This document shows positions 9,894-20,100 of a stretch of 64,000 bases of DNA, piece after piece. Source of the stretch: a virus; IMG/VR virus record IMGVR_UViG_3300010938_000009, positions 40,284 to 104,283 of that record; one strand, written 5' to 3'. How positions within the stretch are numbered: the stretch's first letter is position 1; each line of letters starts with the position of its first letter. Position numbers and translations under genes: made by a program. A model generated the notes under the pieces. It worked only from the letters and a program-made list of their open reading frames with translations. It was not told the origin of the DNA and ran no database searches.

Positions 9894-10451
9894 CTATTTT
9901 AGTAAAGAACTCATAGCATAAAATACTTTAGCAGTAAGTTCTGTATCAAATTTAGCTCCATGTAAATCATCTTTATTAAAAGGTATTTTTAAAACTTCAG
10001 CTAGTCTACTCAAACTAACTTTATCTGTTTTGATAATACCTACAGATTGTAGGAATAATCCTATTGTAGCTGTATCAAGTACTTTATAAGAGAATAAATT
10101 ATTAAAACCATCAATACTATTGATATCAAATCTAGTCTTTATAAAGTTTATATCAAAATTAACATTATGACCACATATAACAGTATCTCTAGGTAAATCT
10201 AGAGCATAATCTACAAACTCACATAACATTTGTTGTTCTTGTTTATCTTTACCTGCTAGTAATAGAGTTTTAATTTTTTGTTTATTAACTACTAAAGCTC
10301 CTAAATTAACTTTAGTATTAGGACTAAAACCTTTAGAATGAAACTCTGATTGTATAGCTCCATTACTATAAAACTTACCTGAAATTTCTATAATAGAATT
10401 TATACTAGGATCTAGTCCTACAGTTTCTATATCTAAGAATAATATGTTCAT
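9894..10451 (-). CDS. DEDDh 3'-5' exonuclease (DnaQ-like)
   Basis: FLDIETVG, GHNVNFD, HGAKFD. Confidence 0.9.
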   Translation of the reverse strand: MNILFLDIETVGLDPSINSIIEISGKFYSNGAIQSEFHSKGFSPNTKVNLGALVVNKQKIKTLLLAGKDKQEQQMLCEFVDYALDLPRDTVICGHNVNFDINFIKTRFDINSIDGFNNLFSYKVLDTATIGLFLQSVGIIKTDKVSLSRLAEVLKIPFNKDDLHGAKFDTELTAKVFYAMSSLLK

Positions 10452-10759
10452 TTTTTACTCCGTCTGTCCATACATTTTGAATAAGAATTTAAAGCTCTAT
10501 CTTTAGCTAATTCTTTACCAATTTTATAATTAAAATTATCATCTGGTGAACAAAGAGCCGTACCTGAAAACATCTCTCCATCTCGAAGTATTACACAAAT
10601 AGTATGACCAGTTTTACTACCATCTATATTTCTTGGATAAATGTAAAATTCTTTACTTCTGTCCACTATCTTCTCCTTTTTTGAGAAATTGCATAAGATA
10701 TCTGTAAATTTTGAAAGTATTCCTCGCATCATATTTAGCATCGTGTTTTCTCCCTTCAA
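10448..10759 (-). CDS. hypothetical phage protein
   Basis: GTALCSPDDNFNYKIGKELA pattern typical of small phage proteins. Confidence 0.55.
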   Translation of the reverse strand: MKGENTMLNMMRGILSKFTDILCNFSKKEKIVDRSKEFYIYPRNIDGSKTGHTICVILRDGEMFSGTALCSPDDNFNYKIGKELAKDRALNSYSKCMDRRSKK

Positions 10760-11285
10760 AAGTTAATCCTAACCTATTCATAGATTTGGATAATCCTGAC
10801 TGTAATTTTAATTCGTTTACTAAACAATAAGTTTGAAATAACTTTTTAGCATCAAAAAAACTTCTACCAAATACGTAATCTTTTTTGTCTATACCAAGTT
10901 GTTTTAATAAAGTTTCTGTATCCCCACAACCCCAAGTTATAGGATTATGAAAACAATTATGTCTTTTCTTAAAATCTAATAAAACTTTATGGGCATTTTC
11001 TAGCTCTATTCCATTATCAACTTGATCTTGAGTTATACCCGTTAGGTTTATTATATATTCTGATAATTGTTCTTTAGGGTTTATATACATAGAGAGTTCT
11101 TCCTTGATCTCTCCTGTATATAAATCTGCCGCAATGATTCCTACTTGAATAATGCGGTTTGATGGTTGATTCATCTCTAAATCTAAAGTCATTATATTTC
11201 TATATTTTATCACTTGTATCTTTCTATTGAGATTCAAAAATCCTAAAGTCTGGATGTTTTTCTTCTTTTCTATCTTTATTTTCAA
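10653..11285 (-). CDS. DEDDh 3'-5' exonuclease (ERI-1/KapD-like)
   Basis: LDLEMNQ, LTGIT, TWGCGD, FEGRKHDAKYDARNT; start probably internal. Confidence 0.85.
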   Translation of the reverse strand: MKIKIEKKKNIQTLGFLNLNRKIQVIKYRNIMTLDLEMNQPSNRIIQVGIIAADLYTGEIKEELSMYINPKEQLSEYIINLTGITQDQVDNGIELENAHKVLLDFKKRHNCFHNPITWGCGDTETLLKQLGIDKKDYVFGRSFFDAKKLFQTYCLVNELKLQSGLSKSMNRLGLTFEGRKHDAKYDARNTFKIYRYLMQFLKKGEDSGQK

Positions 11286-11574
11286 AAGCTACTAATTTTA
11301 CTTTATCACCTTCTGTAGAAGCTTCAATTAAATTAATTAGTTTTTCTCTGTCAATACTAATAGATAAAAATCTATTACCATTCTTAGAAGACCTATCCCA
11401 CACAGCTCCAATATTCTGCTTCAATCCGCCCGAACCTCCACCATTTCCGCCTCTATTATAATTTCTGCCTTCTGCTCCGCCACCTACAGTTCCTCTGCCA
11501 ACTACTCCGCCTCCAGTTGAACTACCTTTATCAAAACCTGATCCAAAAGTGGATCTCTTAAAATTATCTGACAT
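11224..11574 (-). CDS. DUF736-like protein with Gly-rich N-terminus
   Basis: IGAVWDRSSKNGNRFLSISID...HPDFRIF. Confidence 0.6.
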   Translation of the reverse strand: MSDNFKRSTFGSGFDKGSSTGGGVVGRGTVGGGAEGRNYNRGGNGGGSGGLKQNIGAVWDRSSKNGNRFLSISIDREKLINLIEASTEGDKVKLVAFENKDRKEEKHPDFRIFESQ

Positions 11575-11576
11575 AT

Positions 11577-12041
11577 TTACTCCTTTTGTAACATTTTTAC
11601 AGATTTCTTAATATTATTAAACAAAACTTTTGCTTTGTCAACTTGAATAAATCTTTCTCCAAACCTAACATATTTATTAGGTACTATATTTATAGGGCTA
11701 TTAGCTAAATCATCACTAGTTACACACAGATAGCTAGTTTGATCACTATTAAACATAATATACAAAGTAGGTTTATCTAGTTCAGTATATTTTAGTTTTC
11801 TTTCTGGAAAATTTACCGATTGATACGGAAAATCTGGACCAGACCAAACCTTTTTAATTTCTACTTCTGCGTAAAATTGATGTTTTCCATTTTTAAACAC
11901 TAATAAATCTACTTTTCTCTTTTTCTCATTTTCTACAACTTCATAACATTTGCCTAGTGTAGCTAATAAGTTAGCTACCATTTCTTTTGCTATTCTGTCA
12001 TTTTCTGCATAAAGCTTTGGATCAAAGGGTTTTTTTATCAT
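11577..12041 (-). CDS. putative PD-(D/E)XK nuclease
   Basis: VDLL...AEVEIKK catalytic-like motif. Confidence 0.5.
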   Translation of the reverse strand: MIKKPFDPKLYAENDRIAKEMVANLLATLGKCYEVVENEKKRKVDLLVFKNGKHQFYAEVEIKKVWSGPDFPYQSVNFPERKLKYTELDKPTLYIMFNSDQTSYLCVTSDDLANSPINIVPNKYVRFGERFIQVDKAKVLFNNIKKSVKMLQKE

Positions 12042-12279
12042 TTTTCCTCTTCTCTATTTCTTGTCTAAGTAAACTACAAATTACTGCCTCTTTACTAATT
12101 TTAAGTGTTTCACTAATATTACTTACTAACTTAAAAGTTTTATCTGTAGAGTTTAAGTCTACTTTTTTTAGCTTACTTTTAGATAATAGTTTATTAAGTA
12201 AATGTTCTTCTATTATCATGTTTTTAACTTGCTCTATACTAATATTTAGTTTTTTTGATAGTTTTTCTAGATCTTTCAT
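12022..12279 (-). CDS. hypothetical protein
   Basis: ATGA-coupled to the ligase. Confidence 0.5.
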   Translation of the reverse strand: MKDLEKLSKKLNISIEQVKNMIIEEHLLNKLLSKSKLKKVDLNSTDKTFKLVSNISETLKISKEAVICSLLRQEIEKRKNDKKTL

Positions 12280-13532
12280 TTATCCATTCTCCATCTAATG
12301 AATACAGGATGTCTTAACGAACCTGCTTCCGTTTGTTCCATATATTTGATTTCAGCCACTTTACCCACAAACTTAGAGGGTGATGCGGCCATTTCTTTTC
12401 TATGGTCAATAGTAAACCCACTGCCACAACGAACGGTATGATTATTAAAATCAAACTCAATACCACCAGCCAAACCGACAAAATTACCTTCTGCTTCATA
12501 GAGCGACTTGACCGTAACATCTATAGTCTCCATAGGCTTTAATTTTAACATTTCACCTGATCTTAAAGTTACTCTCTTCCAGTGATATAAACCGTCAATA
12601 CTTCTTATTATACTACCTTCAAAACCACTTTGCAAGTGTTTTTTATAAATATCTACTAAATCTTTAGCATTATCTACTTTTGTAGTCTCAATGTCAACTA
12701 CTTTTTTATAATCAGCTACTTGATCATTTAAAGTCTCTCTAAGTAATTTTAATCTTTGTTCATATCTTAGTTTACAACTCTTATTATTCCAGTCCTTTAA
12801 AGGTATGCAGTCAAATACTGTAAATTTAAGGTCTTTAGGTATTTCAGCGTCTTCTGTAGTCAATACAGATACTAATTTCTCAAAGCTTAATTCATGACTA
12901 TATAGTTCTCCATCTAATACTACGTCTTTCACGTTTTGTAAAGCCTTAAAATGGCTTATAAGCTGTTTATTGCCGAATATCTTGCCCGACCTACTCCAAA
13001 GGGTTATTTGGCCGCCTAAAGGCAAACATACGCACCTAAAACCGTCTAATTTAGGAGTAATATAAGTAGGATAAGATATATTTGTAACATTAGCTAATTT
13101 ACTAGGAGCTAACATTACGTCAAAAGTAGGTATTAAGTTAGGCCACACTTTATTAACTGTACTTACTCCTACTCCTATAGCAGCTTTAAATAGTACGTCT
13201 TTGAATACCTGTTCTAGTTCTTCATTATCTACTGAGGCTAATACTCCTACAGTACGTTCTATAGCTTCGTTACCTGTATATACTCTATTTTCTAAATCTG
13301 CTAGTAATTGAATAAAGTGTTTCCAACTACTCAAGTCATTTAAAGGTCTGGCTTTGTTGTATTCAGGTATTTTCTTAATATAGAATAACTTATAAGGGTT
13401 AAGGTTAGCTTCTAACAAAGTTTGTAAATGGTAGTTATCTACTTCAGTTAATAGTATAGCTTCTTTATCTTTTATAGAATTAGTAGTTTTAAGCTTCGCT
13501 AAAGTCGCTAATGCTCTGTTCAGAGGATTCAT
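12276..13532 (-). CDS. ATP-dependent DNA ligase
   Basis: PKLDGFR (KxDGxR), VLDGELY, VFD, EGSII, LKLKP, C-terminal OB fold (LRHPVF). Confidence 0.93.
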   Translation of the reverse strand: MNPLNRALATLAKLKTTNSIKDKEAILLTEVDNYHLQTLLEANLNPYKLFYIKKIPEYNKARPLNDLSSWKHFIQLLADLENRVYTGNEAIERTVGVLASVDNEELEQVFKDVLFKAAIGVGVSTVNKVWPNLIPTFDVMLAPSKLANVTNISYPTYITPKLDGFRCVCLPLGGQITLWSRSGKIFGNKQLISHFKALQNVKDVVLDGELYSHELSFEKLVSVLTTEDAEIPKDLKFTVFDCIPLKDWNNKSCKLRYEQRLKLLRETLNDQVADYKKVVDIETTKVDNAKDLVDIYKKHLQSGFEGSIIRSIDGLYHWKRVTLRSGEMLKLKPMETIDVTVKSLYEAEGNFVGLAGGIEFDFNNHTVRCGSGFTIDHRKEMAASPSKFVGKVAEIKYMEQTEAGSLRHPVFIRWRMDK

Positions 13533-13719
13533 TTATATATTCCTTAATTTGGTTAAGTTTTTTAATTACTATTTTAGTTTTACCTTCTAAGTCAGTTACT
13601 TTTAGTTTAGCTCGTTTGGGTAAGTATTCAATAAACTCGCCTACAATTCCTGTAGTAAATTTTACTTTGTCGCCTACTTGTAATATCATTTCGTCTGGTT
13701 TAAATATTTTTGTTTTCAT
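13489..13719 (-). CDS. small SH3/KOW-like protein
   Basis: LQVGDKVKF motif. Confidence 0.45.
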   Translation of the reverse strand: MKTKIFKPDEMILQVGDKVKFTTGIVGEFIEYLPKRAKLKVTDLEGKTKIVIKKLNQIKEYINESSEQSISDFSEA

Positions 13720-13830
13720 TTAGTTTATCCTTTCTCCTAGTCAGTATCTTAATTTATGGAATGGTCAAATTTTTTCTATTTTCTTTTTATGATATAATAT
13801 TTTTCATTCTTTCTATGTTCCTTTTCTAAT

Positions 13831-13857
13831 AAAACGGGCTAGTATTTCTACTAGCCC
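13831..13857 (-). terminator. putative intrinsic terminator
   Basis: GGGCTAGTA/TACTAGCCC stem followed by a T-run on the minus strand, after the primase-helicase. Confidence 0.55.
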
Positions 13858-13906
13858 TACGTATTGAACTAATCATCGGTGAGTGGAGAGACTCACTTAA
13901 TTAAGT

Positions 13907-15922
13907 TCAAAATGAAGTATTTCCATTTCTTTTATTTTTTAAATATTCTCTTTCTTCAGGTTCTACTTGAGCTTGGTATTCTGCGTACTCATGTTCACTT
14001 AAATCTCTTACTGTACACTTAGCTCCATCCCAATATAAAGGTCTTTCTACTTCTGAACCCATTCTATTTTTAGCTAAGAACATTCTTATAACGTAGTCTT
14101 TATTTTCTACGCCCATAAATGGCCGCCAAACAGTTATTACATTACTAGCAGTTTCTTCCCAATCTCCTGATTCTTTGGCTACTCTTTTTGACCTTAAAGG
14201 AGTAGAACCGTCCCCTGCTGCTCTAGCTATTTGAGCTATAAATATCCAATGAGCATCTGTTTGGTCTGCAGCTTGAGTTGATAACAAAGCGTTGTGTCTA
14301 GCTGTAGCATAAGAATCACTATAAGGCCCTGAAATTCTACTAGCATAATCTACTACTACTAGTTTAATTTTATTACCTGTACGTTCTTGAACTTGAATTA
14401 CTTTATCTCTCATTTGTTCTAAAGTCATTGTAGAACTAAAGTCAAAATAAGTTTTACTGTAAGTTTTTCTAATTATATCTCTAATTTCATTAATTTTTTT
14501 AGTATTTTTAGTGGCATAAAAAGCCATAATTTCATCTTGAGTATATTGTGTTAGTTTTTGAGCTAACTTTAAATATACTAAATTACGATGCATATCTAAA
14601 CTTGCAAAGTAAGTATGTTGTCCTAATTTGTTAGCATTTTCCATAATATTTAAAGCTATCGTAGTTTTACCTGATCCTGATGCCCCAACTAGTAAACTAG
14701 TAGTTCCTACTGTTAATTTCATATAATCGTCAATTAAATTAATTCCAGTTCTTACTATATTACTTTCAAAGTTTTCTGCAAAGTTTGAGAACATATCAGA
14801 AACTTCGTCAATTTGAACTACAGTTTTATCTTGTCCATGACCATGATGTAAAGTACATTTACAATCACTTTTAATAGCATCGCAATATCTCTTTAAAGGT
14901 TCGTAGTCTGCTGCTGTACCTATTGCTCCTGGTATTAATTTAAAATCTTCTTTAAAAGCGCTATTTACAGCGTTCCAAAGCCTTTTTTTGTCGTGAACTT
15001 CAGCTTCAGGGTATAACTGGTTATTTAACCTAGCTATTCCTTTTAATATATTATAAACTACTTCTTTATGTGCGCCTTGATTTCTGTAAAAAGTAGCTAA
15101 CCTTAAAAATAAATTATCCCTTTCTCCTCTACCTGGCACCATTATACCTTTAGATAAAGCGTAAATACATCTTGGAGTATTTTTAGGGCATTGTCTAAAA
15201 TCTATAGTTTCTAAACCTCTAATTCCATCTATTACTTCTGCATCAGCTATTACAGCTACTTTATTTTCTACTTTAGAATACTTATCTAGTAGTTCTTTAG
15301 ATGAATGAGGTTCTATAGTTATATTAATTATTCTAGAGTTCTGAGACATAATTTTAATTTGTCCCATACTTAAAGATTTTAATCTTGAAGGTCTAATATA
15401 GGTTTTATATAGCCCTGATTTTTGATTTTTTGTAAAAGGTATTCTAAATATTCTATTAGTATTATAAATACTTGTATCAAAAGTTTTTATATTACCTGCA
15501 AAGTTATTACAGAATTGTTTTAATTGTTTAGGAGTTATTTCTAAGTCTGTAGTTAGCTCTATATGAAAACCTTTATTACCTGAAAAGTAAACTGCTACAG
15601 ATTTATCAATATCTACACCTTCTTGTTGTAGTTTTTCTAGTAAGTTACAAGCGTCGATTCTAGCTGTGTCAGGGTTTACTTCGCAATCTAAGTCAAAAGT
15701 AATCTTATTAGTAAAGACTTCCCCTTTATAACCAGCTATACTACCATTATTATTATTAAAATGGTCTAAAGCTTCCTTACTGTAAGTAAATAAGGATGCG
15801 TACCAATCTTTTTTAGTATCTAATTTTTGAATTAGATTACTTAATTGGTTAACTGCAACTATTTCTCCAGTATCATTTAAACCGTCTTTTAATTGAACGT
15901 ATCTCTCCATTTGTAACTCCAT
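13907..15922 (-). CDS. AEP primase-SF4 helicase fusion
   Basis: FDLD, FSGNKGFH, RIFRIP (AEP); GASGSGKTT, VVVDY, AQ, AKNR (DnaB-like). Confidence 0.88.
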   Translation of the reverse strand: MELQMERYVQLKDGLNDTGEIVAVNQLSNLIQKLDTKKDWYASLFTYSKEALDHFNNNNGSIAGYKGEVFTNKITFDLDCEVNPDTARIDACNLLEKLQQEGVDIDKSVAVYFSGNKGFHIELTTDLEITPKQLKQFCNNFAGNIKTFDTSIYNTNRIFRIPFTKNQKSGLYKTYIRPSRLKSLSMGQIKIMSQNSRIINITIEPHSSKELLDKYSKVENKVAVIADAEVIDGIRGLETIDFRQCPKNTPRCIYALSKGIMVPGRGERDNLFLRLATFYRNQGAHKEVVYNILKGIARLNNQLYPEAEVHDKKRLWNAVNSAFKEDFKLIPGAIGTAADYEPLKRYCDAIKSDCKCTLHHGHGQDKTVVQIDEVSDMFSNFAENFESNIVRTGINLIDDYMKLTVGTTSLLVGASGSGKTTIALNIMENANKLGQHTYFASLDMHRNLVYLKLAQKLTQYTQDEIMAFYATKNTKKINEIRDIIRKTYSKTYFDFSSTMTLEQMRDKVIQVQERTGNKIKLVVVDYASRISGPYSDSYATARHNALLSTQAADQTDAHWIFIAQIARAAGDGSTPLRSKRVAKESGDWEETASNVITVWRPFMGVENKDYVIRMFLAKNRMGSEVERPLYWDGAKCTVRDLSEHEYAEYQAQVEPEEREYLKNKRNGNTSF

Positions 15923-15949
15923 TTTATTCTCCTGTAAAAGGAATATACT

Positions 15950-16180
15950 TTATTCTTCTTCTTCAGTTGTAAATACAAACCTTACGTCTGGTGCTTTAGG
16001 ATGATTTTTTTTATCGTTTGAATACATTGCAAAATTTGTAATAGGCACAGCTTCACCATTAGGTAATAGAGCAAAAAGCTTTAAAGTTTTCTCTTCAGCT
16101 TTAGCACTAACATACTGTGTTCCATCTCTAGGGTTTTCTTTAAACCAACCTGCTCCAATTATGTTATATTTTTTAGCCAT
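15950..16180 (-). CDS. DUF736-like small protein
   Basis: IGAGWFK...YVS...KAPDVRF; resembles 11224..11574. Confidence 0.5.
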   Translation of the reverse strand: MAKKYNIIGAGWFKENPRDGTQYVSAKAEEKTLKLFALLPNGEAVPITNFAMYSNDKKNHPKAPDVRFVFTTEEEE

Positions 16181-16604
16181 TTTCTAACTCCTTGTTAACT
16201 TGTTCTACTTCTTTATTGAGTTCTTCTTCATTCATTTTAAGTCTTCTATCATGTTCTTGTTTTATATGATACTGCATTAATACAAATCTGTCACTAATTA
16301 ATCTTTGTCCTATTGCAAAAGCTAATTTTTCTTCTTCTTCTTTTAAGAAAACGGGTATTCCAGACGTAGGTAAGTCCATTATGGCAGCCATAACTCTATC
16401 TTTACCTCTTTTACTTAAACCTTTAAATAATTGAGCTAACCTAACTTTATTAGTAATGAAAGAATTACTAGCTCGTTTAGCCATTTCTTCAAAACTAGGT
16501 AGTTCTATTTTTTGTCCTGTTCTATCTTCTTCTTGAGCTATACTAGTAACTTCTGTAAGTACAGGTTCTTGTTTAGATTCTTCTACTTTATTTTCTTTAC
16601 TCAT
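16173..16604 (-). CDS. hypothetical protein
   Basis: 143-aa ORF with SD. Confidence 0.6.
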   Translation of the reverse strand: MSKENKVEESKQEPVLTEVTSIAQEEDRTGQKIELPSFEEMAKRASNSFITNKVRLAQLFKGLSKRGKDRVMAAIMDLPTSGIPVFLKEEEEKLAFAIGQRLISDRFVLMQYHIKQEHDRRLKMNEEELNKEVEQVNKELENG

Positions 16605-16614
16605 ATTTTATTCC

Positions 16615-17421
16615 TTATTCAAAATCTGGATCGTCTAGCAATCCTGGTTTACCTAAACTTTGAAATGTAGTATTAGTACTCTTAGCTGCTGCTGCTGCCA
16701 TTCTAGCTAATAACCCTGTAGCGTTACCATTAGCTTTAGGTTTAGGTTGTTCTACTTTATTAGGTTTAAGTCCTTCAGCTTGAATAACTGGAATATCTTT
16801 TAATATAGATTCTGTACCTACATTTATAGACTCTTTAACTGGAGGTTCAAACTTAGTTAGCTTAGTTTTTATAGCGTTATCTTTAAGCCCCTTTGGCGCT
16901 GATTCAAAATCTGGAGTAAAAGCAGCTTTTTTAGCTCCTAACTTAGCCATAATATTACCTGTAGCTTTAGCAGATTCAGTTATTACAGCTCCGTCGTTTT
17001 CAATATCAGCTCCCTCATCAGAAATCATAAAGTTCTTAACTAACGCAAACTTAACGCTGGCTGTTATAGCTTTAGATGCAGATTTATCGCCACTATCTAT
17101 TCCACTTCCGACTGAAGTAATAGTAAGCTGTTCACCCGACTCAGAATCAATAAAAGTGTGTTCTGTTTGTACAGTTACTAAAAATTCTGTAACATTATTA
17201 CCATTTTTATCCATTCTATCTTTTTTCTCAGTTTCTACGTGTTTAGCGGAAGTTAACATAAACATTTTTTTATCTATCAATTCACGTTTTAAAGCTTCCA
17301 TTACGTCTACTTCTCTCATATAGTAGTAGTTTTGACCTTTATTATAACCTTTTTTCGGCACAGAAGCTAAATTTTCTAGTATTTTTACTAGTTTAGCTGT
17401 AATTTTTGCTCTATTCTCCAT
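16615..17421 (-). CDS. ERF-family ssDNA annealing protein
   Basis: KKGYNKGQNYYY, GSGIDSGDKSASKAITASVKFAL, followed by a low-complexity tail ending acidic (DDPDFE). Confidence 0.85.
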   Translation of the reverse strand: MENRAKITAKLVKILENLASVPKKGYNKGQNYYYMREVDVMEALKRELIDKKMFMLTSAKHVETEKKDRMDKNGNNVTEFLVTVQTEHTFIDSESGEQLTITSVGSGIDSGDKSASKAITASVKFALVKNFMISDEGADIENDGAVITESAKATGNIMAKLGAKKAAFTPDFESAPKGLKDNAIKTKLTKFEPPVKESINVGTESILKDIPVIQAEGLKPNKVEQPKPKANGNATGLLARMAAAAAKSTNTTFQSLGKPGLLDDPDFE

Positions 17422-17422
17422 A

Positions 17423-17662
17423 TTAACTCTCCTTTCGTTTCTTTATATCTTGAATCTGTTTTATCACTTCATCAGGATTATTTACTATATTAGCAGCAAA
17501 ACTATTAATAGTAAAGTGTAATCTAATAGTTTGTAACAAAAAATATATAACTGCTATAGACTCTAAAGGTATTTTAACCTCAAAAAACTTAAATATCAAT
17601 ATAGAAATTCCTAAAACAAACCCATGAAATATTATATTGAATAAAGTACCAAAAAATGCCAT
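17423..17662 (-). CDS. small membrane protein
   Basis: Two hydrophobic segments. Confidence 0.55.
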   Translation of the reverse strand: MAFFGTLFNIIFHGFVLGISILIFKFFEVKIPLESIAVIYFLLQTIRLHFTINSFAANIVNNPDEVIKQIQDIKKRKES

Positions 17663-17671
17663 TATAACCTC

Positions 17672-18790
17672 TTATTTCTTTATTAGCCCTGAAGGATCAT
17701 TTTTATGACACAAATTTTTGTAAACACAAATACTCCCGTACCAATTATCACACCTAGACGTATTCTTATAAACTATCTTATTCTTCATAGCTAGTATAAT
17801 ATTACTAATATCCTGAAATAGTGACTGTATCTGTTCAGGTGACTTCTCTTCTACTAATACCTGTACTATAGGCTTAGGTACTTTAGTTTCTATCCAGTCT
17901 CCATGACACCTATTTCCGGTACTATCTAGTGCATCACAGGTCTTATGCCTACCATTTCTATTACCATTACACTTATTGCAGTAAGCTACTATATCTTTAG
18001 GTATATTCTTACATAGTACTATATAACCTACTAAGTTAGTATTATAATAACTACCTTTCATACCAGCATATAAGGTTAATTGGTCTGAATAGTCTATATT
18101 ATTCTGATCATAAGGCATACCAGCAGTCTTTAAGTCAAATATAATAGGTTTATCGTAACCGTCTATTTCTAGTACCATATCTATTACTCCTACTACTGAA
18201 TCTCCAGTATTAGGGTCTGTTATATTTGTAAATTGCTGGGTAGCTATTACTTTCTTTATTTTAGGATAAAATTGCGTTTTAAACGCTTCTAATAGGATTC
18301 TACCCTTATGGTTCATTGATAACCATGAAAGTCTATTAAAATACTTAATTTGTTCGTTTGTAGGTCTTTTAAAGCTGTTTTTCTTAAGCTTTACAGTTTC
18401 TTTATATAAATTTACTAGTTTAGAAAAGTCTGCTGTTTCATTAGGTTGTAGTAAATTTAATTCTCTAGCCCAGCTTTCCATAGTTATAGAATCGTTAGTT
18501 TTGTCTAGTATTGCTTCATCAAAGTCATTGTAGCCGAAAATAATATCGTCGGCATCGTATATTTGCTTGGGTTTATTATTACTTATAGCTGTATGCCATC
18601 TATCGTAGAATTTCTCTATATAGTCATTATTACCTTTAAGTAAGTGTTCTACTGCTGTATCTATAGCTGAACCAAAGTATAAAGAAGCCCCTTCTGTAAC
18701 TCCTTTAAGCTTTTTAACATAACTATTAAACCAATACATTGGACACATTATATAAGTACTGTTTTGACTGTAACTTGTTTTTGTACTCAT
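17672..18790 (-). CDS. PD-(D/E)XK exonuclease (Cas4/AddB-like)
   Basis: SYSQ..CP, FGSAID, GVIDMV..IFDLKT, QLTLY, C-terminal Cys cluster; adjacent to ERF. Confidence 0.82.
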   Translation of the reverse strand: MSTKTSYSQNSTYIMCPMYWFNSYVKKLKGVTEGASLYFGSAIDTAVEHLLKGNNDYIEKFYDRWHTAISNNKPKQIYDADDIIFGYNDFDEAILDKTNDSITMESWARELNLLQPNETADFSKLVNLYKETVKLKKNSFKRPTNEQIKYFNRLSWLSMNHKGRILLEAFKTQFYPKIKKVIATQQFTNITDPNTGDSVVGVIDMVLEIDGYDKPIIFDLKTAGMPYDQNNIDYSDQLTLYAGMKGSYYNTNLVGYIVLCKNIPKDIVAYCNKCNGNRNGRHKTCDALDSTGNRCHGDWIETKVPKPIVQVLVEEKSPEQIQSLFQDISNIILAMKNKIVYKNTSRCDNWYGSICVYKNLCHKNDPSGLIKK

Positions 18791-19050
18791 AATCCCTTTT
18801 CTTTAAAGAAGCGTAAATATAGAAACTTATAAGATAACTTAATAGCTTCTGTGTGCCCTTTTTTCATTAAATATTTTGATAGATTAGCTAACTTCATTGC
18901 ATCGTTTATAGTTAAACTATTATCTCCGTTAAGTAATCTAACTCTTAAGGCTTCAGCTTCTTCTAATAATTTTATATAGCTAGTTTTATCTAGCTTTTTG
19001 TGAATGTGTTCTTCTAAAGAAGCCACTTTATCATCTTTATCGTCTTTCAT
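18787..19050 (-). CDS. hypothetical protein
   Basis: Coupled ORF. Confidence 0.5.
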   Translation of the reverse strand: MKDDKDDKVASLEEHIHKKLDKTSYIKLLEEAEALRVRLLNGDNSLTINDAMKLANLSKYLMKKGHTEAIKLSYKFLYLRFFKEKGL

Positions 19051-19294
19051 TATTAATTTCCTCTAATAAATCAGTTAAAGTAGCTATTGCAGATTTATGG
19101 AATACTACCTTATCTTTTAGAGACATTAATTCGTGAGCTGTTTTAATCTTTTCTTCTGTAGATATTGTACTGTTATTTTTTAGGTTGTCAAGTTTTTTCT
19201 GAATTTTAAGTAAAGAGCTATTACTACCGTTAATTTCTACCTTATGTTCAGATATTTTAGTATTTATAAGTTGTTGTAATTTATTAATCTCCAT
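19037..19294 (-). CDS. hypothetical coiled-coil protein
   Basis: Coupled ORF. Confidence 0.5.
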   Translation of the reverse strand: MEINKLQQLINTKISEHKVEINGSNSSLLKIQKKLDNLKNNSTISTEEKIKTAHELMSLKDKVVFHKSAIATLTDLLEEINNERR

Positions 19295-19544
19295 ATAATT
19301 CCTTAGCTAACCTATTACGTTTAAATACTATAACGTAAGTTGTACTAATAACTGTCATAGGTACTGAATAATGTAAAGGTGTACCATGAGTAGCAACACT
19401 ATAGTTATTATCATAGTCTGTACTTACATTAGGTAGTATTTGTACTACTTCCCAACCTCTTTCTAAACTCTCACTTATACGGTAGTCTATACTAGAAGCT
19501 TTTATATCAGTTAGCGTATAATATTCATACTCTAGTTCTTTCAT
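19284..19544 (-). CDS. DUF4177-like small protein with C-terminal LY tag
   Basis: EYEY...GWEVV...IVFKR; ends RLAKELYGD. Confidence 0.55.
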   Translation of the reverse strand: MKELEYEYYTLTDIKASSIDYRISESLERGWEVVQILPNVSTDYDNNYSVATHGTPLHYSVPMTVISTTYVIVFKRNRLAKELYGD

Positions 19545-20098
19545 AAATATAAACTTTCTAACATTTCGTTATTAAAACCTAAATTGTATTCTTTATTCAA
19601 TAAAAATAATAGTTTATAATATAATTCTGTATATTTAGTTTCTTTTTTGAAGGCATTGGTGGAGCAGGAGGCGGCATGGGCGACATCAGCAGCAGTAAAG
19701 GCGGTATTGGCGATGGCGGCATAAGCGGCATAGGAGGTAGCATAGGCGGCATAGGCGGCGGCATAGGCGGAGTCCATGGTGGTTTCGGTGGTGGTGGCGG
19801 AGGTATAGGCAGTATAAGCGGCGGCATTGGCGGTATTGGCAGCGTTTTTTAAATCTTTTATTTTATCTTTAGTTGGATTTAAAATGTAATTTGCTAATAA
19901 TTCCAAACAAATTTGCCTAGTTTTATAAACTTCAGGATATTTTTCTTTGTTGTAATATTGTTCTAAATTTAAAGCACATTGGTAAGCAAACTTTACTTTT
20001 AATAAATGCGGCAAACCTTTTATATTTAGAAGATTGGTAAGTTTAGTTTTATAGGTTAATTCTTTATTTTGAATAATTAAATTAATTTCAGTTTTCAT
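19541..20098 (-). CDS. protein with GC-rich Ala/Tyr/Thr repeat and C-terminal LY tag
   Basis: AAYAAAYAA-type low-complexity segment; ends EMLESLYL. Confidence 0.65.
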   Translation of the reverse strand: MKTEINLIIQNKELTYKTKLTNLLNIKGLPHLLKVKFAYQCALNLEQYYNKEKYPEVYKTRQICLELLANYILNPTKDKIKDLKNAANTANAAAYTAYTSATTTETTMDSAYAAAYAAYATSYAAYAAIANTAFTAADVAHAASCSTNAFKKETKYTELYYKLLFLLNKEYNLGFNNEMLESLYL

Positions 20099-20100
20099 TC

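Noticed and set aside
17672-18790. Cas4 as evidence of a CRISPR system
   Set aside because: No other cas genes or array are present; its position next to ERF indicates a recombination exonuclease.
19597-19827. Pro/Met-rich 76-aa ORF
   Set aside because: It is an alternate-frame shadow of the GCC/TAT repeat in 19541..20098.
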